Below are positions 60,846 to 64,000 of a DNA stretch of 64,000 nucleotides, piece after piece. A model generated the notes under the pieces. The model was not told the DNA's origin, ran no database searches, and was given only the letters and a program-made list of their open reading frames with translations. Position 1 is the first letter of the stretch, and each line of letters starts with the position of its first letter. The stretch covers positions 1 through 64,000 of the forward strand of contig JBDHDE010000015.1 in assembly GCA_039591655.1 (NCBI GenBank). Reading direction: 5' to 3'. The translations under genes were made by a program, and so were the position numbers. This DNA is from Gemmatimonadota bacterium (lineage in GTDB: Bacteria > Gemmatimonadota > Gemmatimonadetes > Gemmatimonadales > GWC2-71-9).

Positions 60846-61694
60846 CTAGCCTGCCTTCCGCCGCTTCGCTGCCGTCTTCTTCTTGGCAGCGCGCTTGACC
60901 TGCTTCGGCGCAGGCGCCGCGTCGCCCTTGGCCAGGCTCGCCTTCAGCGCCTCCATGAGATCGATGATCTGTGTTTGAGGCTCCTCCGCCGGCGCGGCGG
61001 TGATCTCCTCGCCCTCGATCTTGCGCTGGATCTGCTCCAGCATGCGCTTGCGGACGTCGTCCTCGTAGTTCTCGGGCTTGAACTCGTCGGAGGCCGCCTG
61101 CCGGATGAGCTGCACTGCCAGCGTGAGCTCCTCATCCTTCACGCTGCCCTCCCCGATGGGGACCTCCGAGAACGAGCGCAGCTCGTCGGCGTAGTGCAGC
61201 TGTTCCATCACGAGGCCCTCGCCCATGGGCCGCACCAGGACGAGGTACTGCTTGCCGCGGGCCGCGTAGCGGGCGAGGGCCGAGAGGCCGGCTTCCTGCA
61301 TCGCCTTGCTCAACAGCCGGTAGGCCCGCTCGCCGCCCTTGTCGGGACCCAGGTAGTAGATCTTGCTGAGATAGCGCCGCTCCACCTGCTCGGCGGGGAC
61401 GAACTCGGCGATGTCGACCGACTCAGTGGCCTTCTCCTCCACCGCCTTGAGCTCCTCGGGCGTGAACAGGACGTACTGATCCTTGGCGAACTCGTAGCCC
61501 TTGACCATGCCCTCCCGGTCCACGATCTCGCCGTCGGTCTTGCAGACGTATTGCTGCTTGAGGCGGGAGCCGCAGTCCCTGTGGACCCAGTTGAAGCTGA
61601 CCTTGGTCTTGGGCTCGGCCGACGAGTAGAGCTTCACCGGGACCGAGACCAGGCCGAATGACACCGTGGCAGAGCCGATGGGGCGTGCACTCAT
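60846..61694 (-). CDS. ku: NHEJ DNA end-binding protein Ku
   Basis: SFGLVSVPVKLYSS, VKGYE, YYLGP, LHYADE, IIDLMEALKASL, basic tail. Confidence 0.96.
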   Translation of the reverse strand: MSARPIGSATVSFGLVSVPVKLYSSAEPKTKVSFNWVHRDCGSRLKQQYVCKTDGEIVDREGMVKGYEFAKDQYVLFTPEELKAVEEKATESVDIAEFVPAEQVERRYLSKIYYLGPDKGGERAYRLLSKAMQEAGLSALARYAARGKQYLVLVRPMGEGLVMEQLHYADELRSFSEVPIGEGSVKDEELTLAVQLIRQAASDEFKPENYEDDVRKRMLEQIQRKIEGEEITAAPAEEPQTQIIDLMEALKASLAKGDAAPAPKQVKRAAKKKTAAKRRKAG

Positions 61695-61724
61695 GGGGTA
61701 CCTTGCCAACCCGTAAGGGGCGGA

Positions 61725-61753
61725 ACTATAAGGACTTCCGGCCCGTGTCGCAA
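61725..61753 (-). promoter_or_regulatory. sigma70-like promoter of ku
   Basis: TTGCGA-N17-TATAGT on the minus strand. Confidence 0.5.
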
Positions 61754-61841
61754 GCCGCCGCACCGGCGCGATACGAGCTAACCCGATGTGCCGTAAGCCG
61801 TTAGAATGCGCAACTTGATGGGGAGCGTTCCACTCGGGTAA

Positions 61842-61871
61842 TTGCGACGTGCCAGTTGGCCTGCGTATGAT
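61842..61871 (+). promoter_or_regulatory. sigma70-like promoter of ligD (very short leader)
   Basis: TTGCGA-N18-TATGAT ending 10 nt before the ATG; no SD sequence. Confidence 0.5.
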
Positions 61872-61881
61872 ACGCCGTCAC

Positions 61882-64000
61882 ATGCCCAAGAAACCAAGCG
61901 CCGCCACCGGCTCCAACCGCCTGGGTGCCTATCGCGCAAAGCGCTCGGCCGACCGAACGCCCGAGCCCTCGGGCGCGGTCGTCGAGGGCGGGAGCCGGCT
62001 CTTCGTGGTCCACAAGCACGCGGCCCGGCGGCTGCACTACGACCTGCGCCTCGAGATGGGGGGCGTGCTGGAGTCGTGGGCCGTGCCCAAGGGCCCCTCG
62101 AAGAACCCCACGGACAAGCGCCTGGCAGTGAAGGTCGAGGACCACCCCCTGGAGTACGGCGATTTCGAGGGCGTGATCCCGGAAGGCAACTACGGGGCTG
62201 GGGCGGTGATCCTGTGGGACCGTGGTGTGTGGGTCCCGGTGGAGGACGTCGGGGAGGGATTCGAGAAGGGCAAGCTCCTGTTCGAGCTCCGCGGCTACAA
62301 GCTGCGCGGGCGCTGGACACTGGTGAAGATCAAGAAGAGCGAGAAGGAATGGCTCTTGATCAAGGAGCGGGACGGGTTGGTCTCGGAGGAGGGCGACGAC
62401 TTTCCCCAGGACTCCGTGCTCTCGGGGCTCACCGTCGAGGAGCTGCGGGACGGCAGCGACCCGGCAGCGGCGATCGTGGCCGATCTCGCAGGCTCCGGCG
62501 TGAAGCGCCGGGCCGTGCAGCCGGCGGAGGTGAAGCCGATGCTGGCCGAGACCCGCGAGAAGCCGTTCTCGAAGGCAGGCTGGATCTTCGAGATCAAGTA
62601 CGACGGCTACCGCATGATCGCCGGGCTGGAGCGCGGCGAGGCGCACCTCATCACCCGCAACGGGCACGATGCCACGGCGAGCTTTCCCGAGGTTGCGCGG
62701 GCGCTCGAGGCGCTGCCGTTCGAGCGGCTGGTTCTCGACGGAGAGGTGGTGGTACATGACGAGTCAGGCCGGCCGAACTTTCAGCGCCTGCAGAAGCGGG
62801 CGCGCCTCACCCGTGCCGTCGACATCCGACACGCCTCGGTCGAGCTGCCGGCGACCCTCTATCTGTTCGATCTCCTGGGACTCGCCGAGTGGGACCTGCG
62901 CCAGCTTCACCTCGTGGAGCGCAAGGCGGCCCTCCGGCGGGTGCTCCCCAGCGTGGGGCCGTTGCGCTACTCGGACCACATCGAGGAGCAGGGCGAGGCG
63001 TTCTTCGCCAGCGTGAGCGAGATGGGGCTCGAGGGGCTGATTGCGAAGAAGGCCGACAGCACGTACCGCATGGGCCGGTCGAGTCATTGGGTGAAGGTGC
63101 GGGCAGACAAGACGGGCGACTTCGTGGTGGTCGGGTTCACGGCGCCCAAGGGCTCGCGGGGCGGCTTTGGGGCGCTGCACCTCGCGGCCCACACCGGTGG
63201 CAAGCTGGTGTACGTGGGGCGGGTGGGGAGCGGGTTCACGACGGCCGAGCTGAAGGCGGTCGGCGAGGTGTTGGAAGCGGCGCGACGCGACGATGCGCAG
63301 TGCAGCGGGGTGCCGGTGGGCAGCGAACACCGGTGGGTGGCGCCGGCGCTCGTGTGCGAGGTGCGCTACCGCGAGTGGACCGAGGACGGTCTGCTGCGCC
63401 ACCCCGTGTTCTTGCGGTTCCGGGACGATAAGCCGGCGGCGGAGTGCGAACACCCGGGGAAGGGGGAAGGGGGAAGGGAAGAGTTCCCGGAGCCGGCCCT
63501 TGCCGCTTCTTCCTCCACGCCTCCCGATCTCCAGCTCACCAACCTCGACAAGGTCTTCTGGCCCGATGAGGGCTACACCAAGGGCGACCTGATCGAGTAC
63601 TACCGGGCGATCGCGCCATGGATCTTGCCCTACCTCCGGGATCGCCCCGTCGTGATGACGCGATTTCCCGACGGCATTGACGGGAAGTCCTTCTTCCAGA
63701 AGGACGCGCCGGGGTTCGCTCCGGATTGGATACGCCGGGAGCGGATGTGGAGCGAGGACACGGAGCGCGAGCTGAGCTATTTCATCGCCGACGACGAAGC
63801 CTCGCTGCTCTACATCATCAATCTGGCGTCGATCCCGCTGCACGTGTGGGCGAGCCGCGCGGAGTCACTGGAGCGCCCCGACTGGTGCATCCTCGATCTG
63901 GATCCCAAGGATGCTCCCTTCGCCCACGTGGTGCAGATCGCACGGGCGCTCAACCGGCTGTGCGAGGAGATCGAGCTGCCCAGCTTCATCAAGACCAGCG
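61882..64000 (+). CDS. ligD: NHEJ DNA ligase D (phosphoesterase-ligase-polymerase order), truncated by the window end; absent from the ORF track because it has no stop
   Basis: Own translation: YRAKR..TPEP, FVVHKHAARRLHYDLRLE, SWAVPKGPS; FEIKYDGYR; LTNLDKVFWP..TKGDLIEYY, RFPDG, LDLDP. Confidence 0.96.
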   Translation, partial: MPKKPSAATGSNRLGAYRAKRSADRTPEPSGAVVEGGSRLFVVHKHAARRLHYDLRLEMGGVLESWAVPKGPSKNPTDKRLAVKVEDHPLEYGDFEGVIPEGNYGAGAVILWDRGVWVPVEDVGEGFEKGKLLFELRGYKLRGRWTLVKIKKSEKEWLLIKERDGLVSEEGDDFPQDSVLSGLTVEELRDGSDPAAAIVADLAGSGVKRRAVQPAEVKPMLAETREKPFSKAGWIFEIKYDGYRMIAGLERGEAHLITRNGHDATASFPEVARALEALPFERLVLDGEVVVHDESGRPNFQRLQKRARLTRAVDIRHASVELPATLYLFDLLGLAEWDLRQLHLVERKAALRRVLPSVGPLRYSDHIEEQGEAFFASVSEMGLEGLIAKKADSTYRMGRSSHWVKVRADKTGDFVVVGFTAPKGSRGGFGALHLAAHTGGKLVYVGRVGSGFTTAELKAVGEVLEAARRDDAQCSGVPVGSEHRWVAPALVCEVRYREWTEDGLLRHPVFLRFRDDKPAAECEHPGKGEGGREEFPEPALAASSSTPPDLQLTNLDKVFWPDEGYTKGDLIEYYRAIAPWILPYLRDRPVVMTRFPDGIDGKSFFQKDAPGFAPDWIRRERMWSEDTERELSYFIADDEASLLYIINLASIPLHVWASRAESLERPDWCILDLDPKDAPFAHVVQIARALNRLCEEIELPSFIKTS

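Overview
High-GC bacterial chromosomal window. The many Hanks-type Ser/Thr kinases and the style of the hypothetical proteins suggest Gemmatimonadota, but this is inference. It holds about 48 CDSs, three tRNAs (Glu-CTC, Glu-TTC, Lys-CTT), and no rRNA, CRISPR array or recognisable transposase/integrase. Recognisable genes include an EAL phosphodiesterase (partial), tag, a TonB-dependent receptor, a MacA/MacB-type efflux module lacking its ATPase, cfa, an S9 peptidase, an OPT transporter, Crp/Fnr, nhaA, an HtrA protease and divergent ku/ligD. The most notable observations are: (1) a 47.4-60.7 kb cluster with two TLC/Npt ATP/ADP-translocase-like genes, a probably exported atypical kinase coupled to an Omp85-type barrel and HtrA, and two paralogous polytopic Ser/Thr kinases, plus two more exported CotH-like kinases at 39.4-41.7 kb, suggesting an extracytoplasmic ATP-supply and phosphorylation system; (2) an exported selenocysteine peroxiredoxin hidden as two split ORFs (in-frame UGA plus SECIS-like hairpin) facing a CcdA-TlpA pair; (3) a molybdopterin oxidoreductase fused to an IscS-type cysteine desulfurase; (4) a duplicated CRP-like operator, an unassigned structured intergenic RNA candidate, a repeat-bounded islet at tRNA-Lys, and several gene scars or frameshifts. 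All calls come from motif reading only; no database searches were run.
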